Virus record (IMG/VR): IMGVR_UViG_3300042520_003271
Span: 22,913-86,912 of that record
DNA: 64,000 nt
Source of the DNA: a virus
Reading direction: 5' to 3' (one strand)
In this document: piece after piece, positions 32,372 to 41,925 of the stretch
How positions within the stretch are numbered: position 1 is the first letter of the stretch
How the letters are laid out: each line of letters opens with the position of its first letter
The notes under the pieces: generated by a model
What the model saw: the letters and a program-made list of their open reading frames with translations, nothing else
What the model was told of the DNA's origin: nothing
The model's database searches: none
Made by a program: the position numbers and the translations under genes

Positions 32372-33297
32372 TTTTTAAATCCGGTGTCAAGGGTATTTAA
32401 TAATCTTAAAAAACAACTCGCAACATCTAAACAAGGGTCCCATATAGCATAGCTACCAATCGGATGTATGTTCTCTTTTTTGAATATGCTTATGTCGATA
32501 GAATTCCCAAGTATTAAAGCCTGTTTAACCATAGTACCGTCTATTATTTCGAATTTTTTTAGAAAATTCTGCATATATATACCAGGGTGTAACATGTCTT
32601 TCAGAAAATAGAATAGATAACGACTCGGCGCGATGTTTGATACTTTAAAAAACTCGATATTACTATCTGCTACCATGATCTGGTTCGCGCCCTCGAAATC
32701 TAATTCTTCGGTATACAAATGCACATAATGCATGTCTTTTGATTTTAGCAAGCTGGTACGTCCTGTAAGACCATAAAGCACATCAGCAGGGATGGTGCTA
32801 ATAATGTTATCATATGGTTTTCGTTCATCGCCAAAGTAAATGTATCCATCTCTGATCGAAGTCGGTAGGCCAGCGGTAGCATTTTGCTTTAGCATGGGTA
32901 AGTATAGATCTAATAATGCTTTATATATTTCACTTATTCTCACATTATTATAAATCTGAAAGATGTCTTTTTGTAAGAAATATGGTATGCTTTGACCTGG
33001 TACATCATTACCATACACTTTATCTAACCAATCATTTATTACTATCTTGTCGCCATTTGTCGACAATATTCCATTCATCGACCATGATCTTTTATAAAAT
33101 ATCGAATTTACTAACTTTCCTGGCAATAATTTATCTATAATATAGTCTAAACGCTCATGCCTGCATAAGAAGTTATCATCCAATGGTGGATTGCTTGAGA
33201 AAAATCTGCTCTTATAAAAAGGTACTACTTGCCAATCAGCCCCAAGAATGTGTCGAGCAGTTAGACCAACTATGCCAGACCCTAAGATGTAATTCAT
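32368..33297 (-). CDS. FAD-dependent oxidoreductase (UDP-galactopyranose mutase/PPO-like fold)
   Basis: ILGSGIVGL Rossmann motif, YDNIISTIP, IGSYAIW. Confidence 0.6.
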   Translation of the reverse strand: MNYILGSGIVGLTARHILGADWQVVPFYKSRFFSSNPPLDDNFLCRHERLDYIIDKLLPGKLVNSIFYKRSWSMNGILSTNGDKIVINDWLDKVYGNDVPGQSIPYFLQKDIFQIYNNVRISEIYKALLDLYLPMLKQNATAGLPTSIRDGYIYFGDERKPYDNIISTIPADVLYGLTGRTSLLKSKDMHYVHLYTEELDFEGANQIMVADSNIEFFKVSNIAPSRYLFYFLKDMLHPGIYMQNFLKKFEIIDGTMVKQALILGNSIDISIFKKENIHPIGSYAIWDPCLDVASCFLRLLNTLDTGFKK

Positions 33298-33301
33298 ATG
33301 C

Positions 33302-33826
33302 TTATTCTAATAGGTCATCGTCATTGAATGGTTCACTAGCTAATTTCATGATGTTGTCTTCATTCGAGACAACATCATTAGTCTTTGCTTTAATATCTAC
33401 CTTACATAGTTTCTTGGGCGTTACTTTTTTATCAGCCTTAATAGTTCCAGTCTTTACCGGTGTACTAGCTATTTGTGGATATAAGAAGGTATCTAGACTT
33501 AGATCTTCAAGAAATGGATTAAGGAATGGGTCTTCATAATGTATATTATCGGTCTGTATTTCATCTCTTGTTTTTCTTATACCTTTAAAGCATTCACAAT
33601 AATAGTAACCATTAAGGTCATACATATCTAATATTTCGACCAAAGAGGCGCAATTGGGGCATGTAAGAACAGCCTTCGTAGCTCTAACTTGATCGCCAAG
33701 CGCGCTCTTCTTGGTGTGTTGATCGACCATATAAGAATTCCATTCTGTCGGCCTCGCATGCGTTAAGACATTATTCAATAGTATTTCATGTAAATCGTAT
33801 GGGTTAGCTGGTAACATTCCAATCAC
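33302..33826 (-). CDS. Hypothetical zinc-ribbon protein
   Basis: CPNC...CEC. Confidence 0.55.
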   Translation of the reverse strand: MIGMLPANPYDLHEILLNNVLTHARPTEWNSYMVDQHTKKSALGDQVRATKAVLTCPNCASLVEILDMYDLNGYYYCECFKGIRKTRDEIQTDNIHYEDPFLNPFLEDLSLDTFLYPQIASTPVKTGTIKADKKVTPKKLCKVDIKAKTNDVVSNEDNIMKLASEPFNDDDLLE

Positions 33827-34349
33827 TTCCTTCTTGATGTTTATACTTTTCTTTTCTGACAGCGAAGCTATTCAAGATCTCTGGTGTTAAAAAGATCTCT
33901 ATTAACTTTTTATCAGTATGTACTTCAGCTTTCCTAACATATTTCACAGACCCGCACTTACATACTGTTGTCGGTGAGTGGGCTTGAAGACCGCACTGTT
34001 CGCAAGTGAATGGCACACCGGTTTGCTTTACAGTAGCACCAGTCACAGTAGCATAATAATATGTTTTTAATAGCATAAGGTCTATACCAGATAAATCACA
34101 ATATCTAGATCCTGTCTTTTTACTTGTATTTTGGTTAATTTCTACTATTTTGTCTTGAAGTTTTTCATAGCATAAGCTGCAATAATCGAACGTGTCGACC
34201 ACTGGTGACGAATCTAAATCTCGTAATGTTAAATGCTGCCCGAATTTCGATTTAGCGCTTCTAAAATCTATCGAATAGTATGTAAAATCTTCGTGGAACT
34301 GTAGCCCGCAACCGTCGCATTTAATCCCGTCTTTCGTCGGCAGCTGCAT
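33804..34349 (-). CDS. Hypothetical multi-zinc-finger protein
   Basis: CDGC, CSLC, CEQC, CKC motifs. Confidence 0.6.
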   Translation of the reverse strand: MQLPTKDGIKCDGCGLQFHEDFTYYSIDFRSAKSKFGQHLTLRDLDSSPVVDTFDYCSLCYEKLQDKIVEINQNTSKKTGSRYCDLSGIDLMLLKTYYYATVTGATVKQTGVPFTCEQCGLQAHSPTTVCKCGSVKYVRKAEVHTDKKLIEIFLTPEILNSFAVRKEKYKHQEGSDWNVTS

Positions 34350-37044
34350 TAATTTGCTTTCTCTTCAGGATGTTGATTGAGGTATTGCGCCGTAAAGAAA
34401 AACTATTTCTCTCACCATCATAATCGACAATTACTCTAATTCCAGCGCCAATAACTAATTTAGTCTTGTCTAAACCCGATAATTCTTTAGACCACACCAT
34501 AATGCTTGTCTTTAACATACCATCAGACGCAGATATCTTGGCGTATGGTTTATTATTCTTTGAAGTAGCGTATTCTATATTTACAATTATACCTTCGATG
34601 GCTATGATGTCTTGGCCAGATTTCGCATTAGATTTTGCGGCAGCGATTGTAAGGTCACCTCTACTGTAAAACAGCCCTAAAGGTGAATCGATATAATATC
34701 CCAAATATTCGTTCTGAAATTCTAATCTTTCCTCGAAACTGAAATCATCGCCGATAGCGCCAAGAACGGCACAAAAATCAATGATTGGCTCTGGTTTCCA
34801 ATTCAGTAATTTTTTGGGTATTGCCTTTTTCTTAGGATAGATTATTCTGTATTCGCTGACGAGTCTTTCTCTCTCAGCCGCAATAGAGCCCTCATTCCAT
34901 CCTTGTTTAGAAATAATGAGGTGGGAGATGAAGTTTTTAGTCTCCTTTGCTTCTGGCCCATTGCCATACTTCGTTTGATAATAAACCCACAAAGCCTTGC
35001 TATTATTGTGTCTTTCAAGATTTCTGAATGCCCCAAGCTTAATTAACCGTTCTAATACCGTTTTAGATTTTATTCCGGTTTTTAAAATAAAATCATCCAT
35101 GCTTGCATATTTGTGTGTAGTGATTAGACATTCAGCTATCTTTTCACCAAATCCCTTTATACTGCTGACACCAACAAATATCGTGTTATCTTTTACTATG
35201 AATTTTAATGACAAATTATTGATATCGATGGCTTCAAACCGTAACGGGTCATCTGATCTGCTTGAACCGAGTTTTGTTATCGCTGTTGGCTTCCATTCTT
35301 CAGATCTCGCTACACCCATGTAACGCACGAGCTTGTCCGGATGACAATCATTCATGACAGATGCCCAAAACTCTGGAGCAAAATGCGCCTTTAAAAATAA
35401 GCATCGAAGAGTTACTAAACAATAAGCGACAGAATGTGATTTATTAAATGCGTAGCGGCCGAAAGACACCATTTTAGACCATATAGCACGTGCTTCGTCT
35501 TCGCCGATGGTTTTTGATGCGCCGGCCACCCACTTCTGCTCAACGCTTCTAAGTTTATGTGTCCACTTTTTAGCAACGGCCTTTCTTGTCTCTTGTGCTT
35601 CTGGTGCTGTAAAACCCGCAAGCCTTTGCCATAATTGTGTCAATTGCTCTTGGTAAACTAATTGCCCATATGTTTCTTTAAGAATATTATAGACTTCTGG
35701 GTGCATGCGCTTCTTCCAAGCCATAGTGGGATCGTCGCGGTTAGCCATGGTTTCTGGTAACGCGGCGATCGGCCCTGGATGGCCCATGGCATTTATTAAC
35801 ATTAAATCTTCGAAATTTCTAACACCGTGAGCTAGTAGGGACATGGCCAATTCGGTATCGAATTGGAAGATGCCATCGCATTTTTGAGTATTTGCTAGCT
35901 TTAGAGCACCATCATCATCGAGACTTATAATATGCTTAACACCGGAAGCATCGATAAAAAAGCCGGCTTTACGTTGTTTAGGATCGATGTCTTCCCAGCC
36001 CGATAGATTCTCGCCAAAATTGATGTCACGATTAAACTTGACCATCTCACAACATCTAAAAATATATTCTAAGGTTTTTAATCCTAGCCAATCCCATTTT
36101 ACATAGCCAAATTTAGACAATTGTGTGCTTCTGCCCTCTGTCCACATGCTAACCCAGTAGCCTTTATTACTACTTTTGGCCATGGGTATATTACCAAACA
36201 GTGCTCTGTCTGTTATTAATAATGCGCCAGCGTGCATGCCCATGTTTCTTATTCTGCCTACTAATTTTATCGCTGATGCTATGATTTCTGGGTTTTTAGT
36301 AGCAAAATCTTTAAGAACTGGTAGTTCTTCGATAAGTTGGCCGATAGTCGGAGCGTCTGTGACGGATTGCTTACACGATGGGCATACAGCTTCGCCGTGG
36401 ATAGTGCCACACTCGGTCTCAACGCCTTCCTTTAGAAATTTACCTCTGCAGACTGATATGCCATTTTCTGGTAAATCATCAGCGTGCTCTGGTAATTGTG
36501 TGGTCGTTCTTTCAGCATCAAATCTAGACATTATTCCGAGAGCTACAGAGACATCAATTATTGCAGATTTAAATTTATAAGTTTGCCATGTGCCAACGCT
36601 GCAAACAGAACCATAACTGTCTTCCGATTTTTGGCCATATTTAGAGATCACGTATTCTTTTAAATGATCTCTGGCGCCAGGCAAGCAATCTATATCGATA
36701 TCCGGCATGTCAGAATCTCTGTAGATTCCTGTCGGCATTTTACCGTTGTTTTTATCTTTATATTTAAGAACATCATTAGCAGATATGCTAGTCATTATAT
36801 CGCTATGATCTGTAGAAATCGGATCTTCAGCTACTATATTTAAAAGATATGGCAGTAATAAACGATTTGGATTTTTTTCAAAAGATGCGCCTTCGGTCAC
36901 TAATTCTAGCCAATAGCGTTCTGCTCCTTGCTTCTCTATTTCATAAATTTCGAATTTGAGTCTGTCTTTATATATTTGTGGTTTGTCTAAAACAAATTCA
37001 CCAGCCTTCTCGACGATTTCTTCCCAAGATTTAATGTTTCGCAT
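34321..37044 (-). CDS. dnaE: DNA polymerase III alpha subunit, C-terminal part (palm aspartates, thumb, fingers, HhH, OB)
   Basis: MPDIDID, GMHAGA, KWDWLGLKTL, GIFQF, ETYGQLVYQEQ, YAFNKSHSVAY, IKGFG, C-terminal OB fold; no PHP domain. Confidence 0.93.
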   Translation of the reverse strand: MRNIKSWEEIVEKAGEFVLDKPQIYKDRLKFEIYEIEKQGAERYWLELVTEGASFEKNPNRLLLPYLLNIVAEDPISTDHSDIMTSISANDVLKYKDKNNGKMPTGIYRDSDMPDIDIDCLPGARDHLKEYVISKYGQKSEDSYGSVCSVGTWQTYKFKSAIIDVSVALGIMSRFDAERTTTQLPEHADDLPENGISVCRGKFLKEGVETECGTIHGEAVCPSCKQSVTDAPTIGQLIEELPVLKDFATKNPEIIASAIKLVGRIRNMGMHAGALLITDRALFGNIPMAKSSNKGYWVSMWTEGRSTQLSKFGYVKWDWLGLKTLEYIFRCCEMVKFNRDINFGENLSGWEDIDPKQRKAGFFIDASGVKHIISLDDDGALKLANTQKCDGIFQFDTELAMSLLAHGVRNFEDLMLINAMGHPGPIAALPETMANRDDPTMAWKKRMHPEVYNILKETYGQLVYQEQLTQLWQRLAGFTAPEAQETRKAVAKKWTHKLRSVEQKWVAGASKTIGEDEARAIWSKMVSFGRYAFNKSHSVAYCLVTLRCLFLKAHFAPEFWASVMNDCHPDKLVRYMGVARSEEWKPTAITKLGSSRSDDPLRFEAIDINNLSLKFIVKDNTIFVGVSSIKGFGEKIAECLITTHKYASMDDFILKTGIKSKTVLERLIKLGAFRNLERHNNSKALWVYYQTKYGNGPEAKETKNFISHLIISKQGWNEGSIAAERERLVSEYRIIYPKKKAIPKKLLNWKPEPIIDFCAVLGAIGDDFSFEERLEFQNEYLGYYIDSPLGLFYSRGDLTIAAAKSNAKSGQDIIAIEGIIVNIEYATSKNNKPYAKISASDGMLKTSIMVWSKELSGLDKTKLVIGAGIRVIVDYDGERNSFSLRRNTSINILKRKQINAAADERRD

Positions 37045-37375
37045 TTAAATGGTTCGTAAGCCCAGAAGTAGAGGTGAAGCTTTTACCGCATTTTTTGCAG
37101 CTTAGCTTCTTTATATCATTTTCAATACATTTAGATTCTTCAGCTGACGGGACAGAATCAAAATCGACGACAAAAGGTCTTTTAATGGTCATTTTCTTGG
37201 TTTTTTCATCTTGATGCGTAATGGCATAGTATAAATACTGTCCCTTAGAACGTATACCTTTAATCGTTTTAAGTCTTTCTTCGTTAGATTTTAATCTTAC
37301 TATATCAACAATATTTTCAGTGTGCGCTTCCATAATGATGAAAGCATATTTATCGTACTCACCTTTATGGTCCAT
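37031..37375 (-). CDS. Protein with a C-terminal classical C2H2 zinc finger
   Basis: CKKCGKSFTSTSGLTNHLNAKH; GAGG RBS. Confidence 0.75.
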   Translation of the reverse strand: MDHKGEYDKYAFIIMEAHTENIVDIVRLKSNEERLKTIKGIRSKGQYLYYAITHQDEKTKKMTIKRPFVVDFDSVPSAEESKCIENDIKKLSCKKCGKSFTSTSGLTNHLNAKH

Positions 37376-37431
37376 AATTTCCTCATAATATATAGAAGAT
37401 CTTAACTACGCATTCTACTAGTAAAATTATT

Positions 37432-37869
37432 TTAATCGATTAGTACGGTGCCGGTATCGTGATATTCTGATTTGGACATCAATAAATATTTTTTGATTTT
37501 ATTAACATATTCATTGCCCAAAGCTAGCATGTTAGCATCAAAAAATACACTGTTATGACGTTGGCATATTTTAATAATACGTTTTTTTAAATCGTCGAAA
37601 TAGAGTTTCTTATCGTCTGACGCGCCATATAAATCATTCGATTCAAACCCCAACATACTGATTCTGATCGTCTGATTGATATCTTTAATCGCTGATAGGC
37701 CGACGAAGATAGCTTGATACTTATATATAGTGTCATCAGTCATTTTTAATTTAAATGCGATATCGCGCCGTTGTGTCTTATTTTTTTTACCATTCTTCTT
37801 AATTAATGTAACGACAATCTTAGAATTAATTTTAGAATTATCTAATCTGTTTATTTGCATTTCTAACAT
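37432..37869 (-). CDS. Hypothetical protein with weak RNase H-fold resemblance
   Basis: 145 aa; YQAIFVGLSAI..IRI resembles an RNase H helix-strand unit, but catalytic acids are not evident. Confidence 0.45.
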   Translation of the reverse strand: MLEMQINRLDNSKINSKIVVTLIKKNGKKNKTQRRDIAFKLKMTDDTIYKYQAIFVGLSAIKDINQTIRISMLGFESNDLYGASDDKKLYFDDLKKRIIKICQRHNSVFFDANMLALGNEYVNKIKKYLLMSKSEYHDTGTVLID

Positions 37870-38294
37870 ATCTGGTTCCCATTTACATCTTTTATTTTAA
37901 TTTCTTCAGAAAGACCGCAGAAGTTAAATAGCGTCATCGCTTTAGCGACCTCAACTACAGCTTTGTCATATTTATCTTCTAGCTTAGTAACACCTACTGA
38001 CTTAACATCTATCGTATGAGAATTAAGAGCATTTCTGGTATTAAGCATTGCTGATCCTAGTACTTTAGCTGAATCGGCGGCCTCTTTTTCTAGACGATCG
38101 ATGGTCTCGACAATACTTGAAATGATATTGTTTATAATGTTTATTAGCAAATCGAAAGATTCTTTTTCTATTCTGACTTTATCGTCATCTACAAGAATAT
38201 CGATGAATTTTAGTGAAAAGCAACATAATGTTTCTGTTGGTTTTTGCATGACTTTTAAATGTGTTTTTAAAGCGTGCAATAAATACTTCTGCAA
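37863..38294 (-). CDS. Hypothetical helical protein
   Basis: 143 aa, TTG start after AAAGGAG. Confidence 0.55.
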   Translation of the reverse strand: MQKYLLHALKTHLKVMQKPTETLCCFSLKFIDILVDDDKVRIEKESFDLLINIINNIISSIVETIDRLEKEAADSAKVLGSAMLNTRNALNSHTIDVKSVGVTKLEDKYDKAVVEVAKAMTLFNFCGLSEEIKIKDVNGNQIC

Positions 38295-38295
38295 A

Positions 38296-39696
38296 CTAAT
38301 CTCCTTTTGTCATCTTAACATTAAGCATATAACCACCGCGGCTCGGTGCTAAAAACCTATCAAACGAAAGACCCCAAGAAAGTGGGTCAACAGATGTAAT
38401 ATTTAATAAGTAGCATATCAAAGAACCACCAGCGCTGCCTCTAGCAGTGAAAGGCCAGCCTTGTTCTTTGCCATATTCAATAATATTTTTAGTAATCAGG
38501 AAGTAACTAGCAAAACCTTTTTCTATGAAGCGATTTAATTCGATCTTGGCTTGGTCTAAGTACGTGACTTCTCGTCCATCGATCAAGTATTTAAGTTCGT
38601 TTTTATGGAGTCCTAGCGATATAAGCTTCGATGCGACCAAACGCCTTAATTCATTATCAGCGTCTACGATGGTCGGTATTTTAGGGTCAGTATCGAATTC
38701 GATATTTTCGCATTTGTCGGCTATTTCAAGCGTATGGTCACACATTAATTCGAATTCTCTAGCAGTATATCCTTTTGAATATTCAGTACCATTATATCTA
38801 CTCCACAGTTCGCTTCGCTGTTTAAAGTATTGCTCGTCACTGTTCGTGTGGAATAAATCCGGAGAGTCAACAGTTACGTCTTGAGCTATCGCCATCATGA
38901 TCTTCTGGATTTGAAAATCTTTTCTTTCCATGTAGTGCGAATCGTTTGCCAACACAGTCTTAATCTTGAAATGCTCGGCTAACATGATCGATGTCTGAAA
39001 TACAAACATATCGCCTTCTACCCCAGGCATTTGTAGTTCTATGTAATAGTCCTCTCCGAACGCTTCTTTGAATTTTTTGATGTTGGCGATAGCGTTTTCT
39101 AGCCTTTCTTTTCGGCTAATTTCTCTGATAATATCGCCGGCTTTATTAACTATCGATTTAGTACGCAATTCATGACTTACTGGACCGTTAAGACAACCTG
39201 ATAGAATGATAAGTCCTTCGCGATATTCGCATAGCTTCTCGAACCATATACGATTATACTGTTTGATAGATACGCCAAAAAGACCTGTCTCGTATGCTTG
39301 AGTAGTTAACTTTAGGAGATTCTCGAATCCGGTCTTGTTTTTGCAAATTACTGTAAGATGTCTATTTCTTATAATTCTTCCTGCTAACTCTGGATTCTCT
39401 TTTCTCCATTCTTGCGATCTAACATTTATTCCACTCGCTAAAAGCTCTTGTCTCTTTAGTTCGAAATCATTATAGTATATCTCACACCCAGGGATGTATT
39501 TGACACCATATTGTTTAAAAGCAGCGTAGGCTTCAGGAACACTGGCCATATGACCGTGTTCGGTAATAGCCATCGCTTGATACTTCCTTTTATAACAAGC
39601 TTCGGCATATTGGGCCGGAGAGGCTACTCCATCGAGCATACTATAAAGTGTGTGTGAGTGAAGATGAACAAAATCTGATGAGCCTTGATATTCCAT
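38296..39696 (-). CDS. dnaE: DNA polymerase III alpha subunit, N-terminal part (PHP domain plus first palm segment)
   Basis: FVHLHSHTLYSMLDG, AITEHG, PGCE, LSGC, NDSHY, ELNRFIEKGFASYFLI, RGSAGGSL, FDRFLAPSR, then stop. Confidence 0.93.
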   Translation of the reverse strand: MEYQGSSDFVHLHSHTLYSMLDGVASPAQYAEACYKRKYQAMAITEHGHMASVPEAYAAFKQYGVKYIPGCEIYYNDFELKRQELLASGINVRSQEWRKENPELAGRIIRNRHLTVICKNKTGFENLLKLTTQAYETGLFGVSIKQYNRIWFEKLCEYREGLIILSGCLNGPVSHELRTKSIVNKAGDIIREISRKERLENAIANIKKFKEAFGEDYYIELQMPGVEGDMFVFQTSIMLAEHFKIKTVLANDSHYMERKDFQIQKIMMAIAQDVTVDSPDLFHTNSDEQYFKQRSELWSRYNGTEYSKGYTAREFELMCDHTLEIADKCENIEFDTDPKIPTIVDADNELRRLVASKLISLGLHKNELKYLIDGREVTYLDQAKIELNRFIEKGFASYFLITKNIIEYGKEQGWPFTARGSAGGSLICYLLNITSVDPLSWGLSFDRFLAPSRGGYMLNVKMTKGD

Positions 39697-39709
39697 ATTA
39701 TCTCCTATA

Positions 39710-40420
39710 CTATGAAGATAATACAGTTTCTAATCCATTTTTCTTACCTTTTGGGGCTTTGATTTTCTCGAAAGATTGGATAATGTTAGGGTATCTAATG
39801 TTAGAAGTGTAGACTTCCTGTGTATTAAGAAACATGCTGGCAGAATTTATAAGGTCGTCGGGCGTTGCCATCTTTATGTCTACATGTTGCTCTTTTAACC
39901 GACCAAGAAAGCTATCAATAACTCTAGTCTCAGTAGGGTTCAATATAGCGATCCGGTCTCTAAGTCTTCTCAGAAAAAGCTCTAGACCTAATTCACCATT
40001 TTTTTGGCGGTGTGCTTCAAAATTATCTCTAAGATTAGGTAAAACTACTCTGTCGATTGTTTCTAAATTAAGTAATTCAACGTCATAGATTTTTAATAAT
40101 CCGCCAATCAGATCATTTTTAAATAGATGAGTGACAAATTCTGATAAAAGAATGGCAAGGTCCTTTATTACTATCGATTCACGTCCTTGCAGGAAAAAAT
40201 TAACAAAAAGCTTTAGATTTAAAATACCATGAGCCCATAAGGTGTTTTTAAATAACCAATCATCGATATTCTGGATCGCAAGCCTAGCTCCTGATTGATC
40301 ATGTACTGTAAAATTATCCATGTCAATGATATATATAGTCTCTTTTATTAGAATAGCTACTAAACTACCATCGACATGGATTATATTCATTATTCGAACA
40401 TCTCTGCTGCTGTCAAGCAC
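39710..40420 (-). CDS. Hypothetical protein
   Basis: 236-aa ORF; start possibly MNIIH. Confidence 0.55.
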   Translation of the reverse strand: MLDSSRDVRIMNIIHVDGSLVAILIKETIYIIDMDNFTVHDQSGARLAIQNIDDWLFKNTLWAHGILNLKLFVNFFLQGRESIVIKDLAILLSEFVTHLFKNDLIGGLLKIYDVELLNLETIDRVVLPNLRDNFEAHRQKNGELGLELFLRRLRDRIAILNPTETRVIDSFLGRLKEQHVDIKMATPDDLINSASMFLNTQEVYTSNIRYPNIIQSFEKIKAPKGKKNGLETVLSS

Positions 40421-41925
40421 CCAGCTGCAACTGTAAAGAGTGGTTTTTCAGCCACAGATACTTTATTTAAAACAAAAGGCAATTCATTATTATTAAATAT
40501 TAAAGCTACGCGCTCAGCAAAGCCTTTCGGACTGCTAGTACCGCCAGCCATATAGACATTAATGCCATTTTCGATTCTTGCCTGCGCCTCATTTTCCTTA
40601 AAACCGGCGACGATACCAGACACCACTTGATTAATAAGCACATCGTAGTGCAGCGATATATCTAACTGAAGCCTGTCGGCATACTGTATGCCGGGGGTAA
40701 GATCAATGTCCATTTTCACTTTAGATACTGTTGTGGGAGTTTCTTTACTGCTCTTCTTCATGCTCTTCATGGCATGTGCATCATAACCATGCCTTATCGC
40801 TACATTCTCGTCTATCCAGTCTCCGGCCCCAACCCAGCAGAAGCTATAAACTTCTAAACCATACTTTACATATGTCACGGTAACTGTACCAGCCCCCCAA
40901 CTGATGCCGATACCAGAGCCATCTGGACTCTGGTTTAGAACTATGGCATGGCTTTCTTTTATTTTTTGAAGCTTTATAGCACTCTGAGAATTATAGCTTT
41001 TAAGTATAATATCGATAACTCTCTCATGATATTCGATATTATTTGTTTTATTTAAAGCTGGAGCTGTTGTACAATAACACAATGTTAGATTGTTATCGAA
41101 CTTACCAACATCTCTCTCTGCTGTTTCTAATATTCCATGTATTATACTGCTTAACACAGTCATCGACATTTCGTCTGGGGTGATGCCGCCTTCCGCCATC
41201 GGTCTTTTCATCGTGTCATTTTTAGAATAAGCTAATTCTTCGGCGTCTCGTCCCAATACGATTAGCTGATTCGATTCTTCATGTTTAAAATAATGCGCAG
41301 GTCTGCTGGTGCCATCGGAACGGACTTTAGTCGGATCTTTAAGCATGTTTTCTATAAATGATGTAGCTCTTTCGAAAGGCCAAAACCCATTTATCTCAGA
41401 AATATAATTTATATCTCCGTTCTTGTTCTTAAAAGAAGCAACGATAGTTTTTGTGCCAATATCAAGCCCAAGATGCGGCATAGTAGGTTTCCTTTCGAGA
41501 GAAATTAGATCGCCCATTCTATATACTTCACCATCTTTAGGTAAAGATTTTAACCTAGGTTGGGTCTCAAATATCCCCAACACTAAGTCTTCTTTTGTCT
41601 TAACAGCTTCGTAATATTTCTTATCATATATAGTTTTATGATATTCGGCATATTTTTCATCTGGAATTATTTCTCCAGAATATAATTGTCTTATTACTTC
41701 TGGCTTTTCTATTAGCTCTTTTTGCTGTGGTTTAGGTATAATATTTTCTATTTTTTGGAGTCTTTCTTCTATTTTAATTGGCGCTATAGCAGGTATGACA
41801 TGAACAGGCGCCTTAATAATTAGCTCTGGAACTTTTGGTTTCTGAGTAATCAATTTTGAATCATTAACAAGCTTTTTTATAGAAAAATCATGGATCATTT
41901 TGATCGGTTTTATTCCCAAAACCAC
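40390..41925 (-). CDS. Actin-fold ATPase (MreB/ParM/MamK-like)
   Basis: Phosphate-1 LGLDIGTKT, connect-1 ESHAIV, phosphate-2 ISWGAGTVTV, adenosine MAGGTS, connect-2 AAGCL; start uncertain (41925, 41898 or 41481). Confidence 0.85.
   Translation of the reverse strand: MVLGIKPIKMIHDFSIKKLVNDSKLITQKPKVPELIIKAPVHVIPAIAPIKIEERLQKIENIIPKPQQKELIEKPEVIRQLYSGEIIPDEKYAEYHKTIYDKKYYEAVKTKEDLVLGIFETQPRLKSLPKDGEVYRMGDLISLERKPTMPHLGLDIGTKTIVASFKNKNGDINYISEINGFWPFERATSFIENMLKDPTKVRSDGTSRPAHYFKHEESNQLIVLGRDAEELAYSKNDTMKRPMAEGGITPDEMSMTVLSSIIHGILETAERDVGKFDNNLTLCYCTTAPALNKTNNIEYHERVIDIILKSYNSQSAIKLQKIKESHAIVLNQSPDGSGIGISWGAGTVTVTYVKYGLEVYSFCWVGAGDWIDENVAIRHGYDAHAMKSMKKSSKETPTTVSKVKMDIDLTPGIQYADRLQLDISLHYDVLINQVVSGIVAGFKENEAQARIENGINVYMAGGTSSPKGFAERVALIFNNNELPFVLNKVSVAEKPLFTVAAGCLTAAEMFE

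Noticed and set aside
37045-38295. Split intein or group I intron explaining the dnaE break
   Set aside because: No intein terminal motifs on either half. The interval is almost fully tiled by ORFs, with no intron-like structure or homing-endonuclease motif seen.
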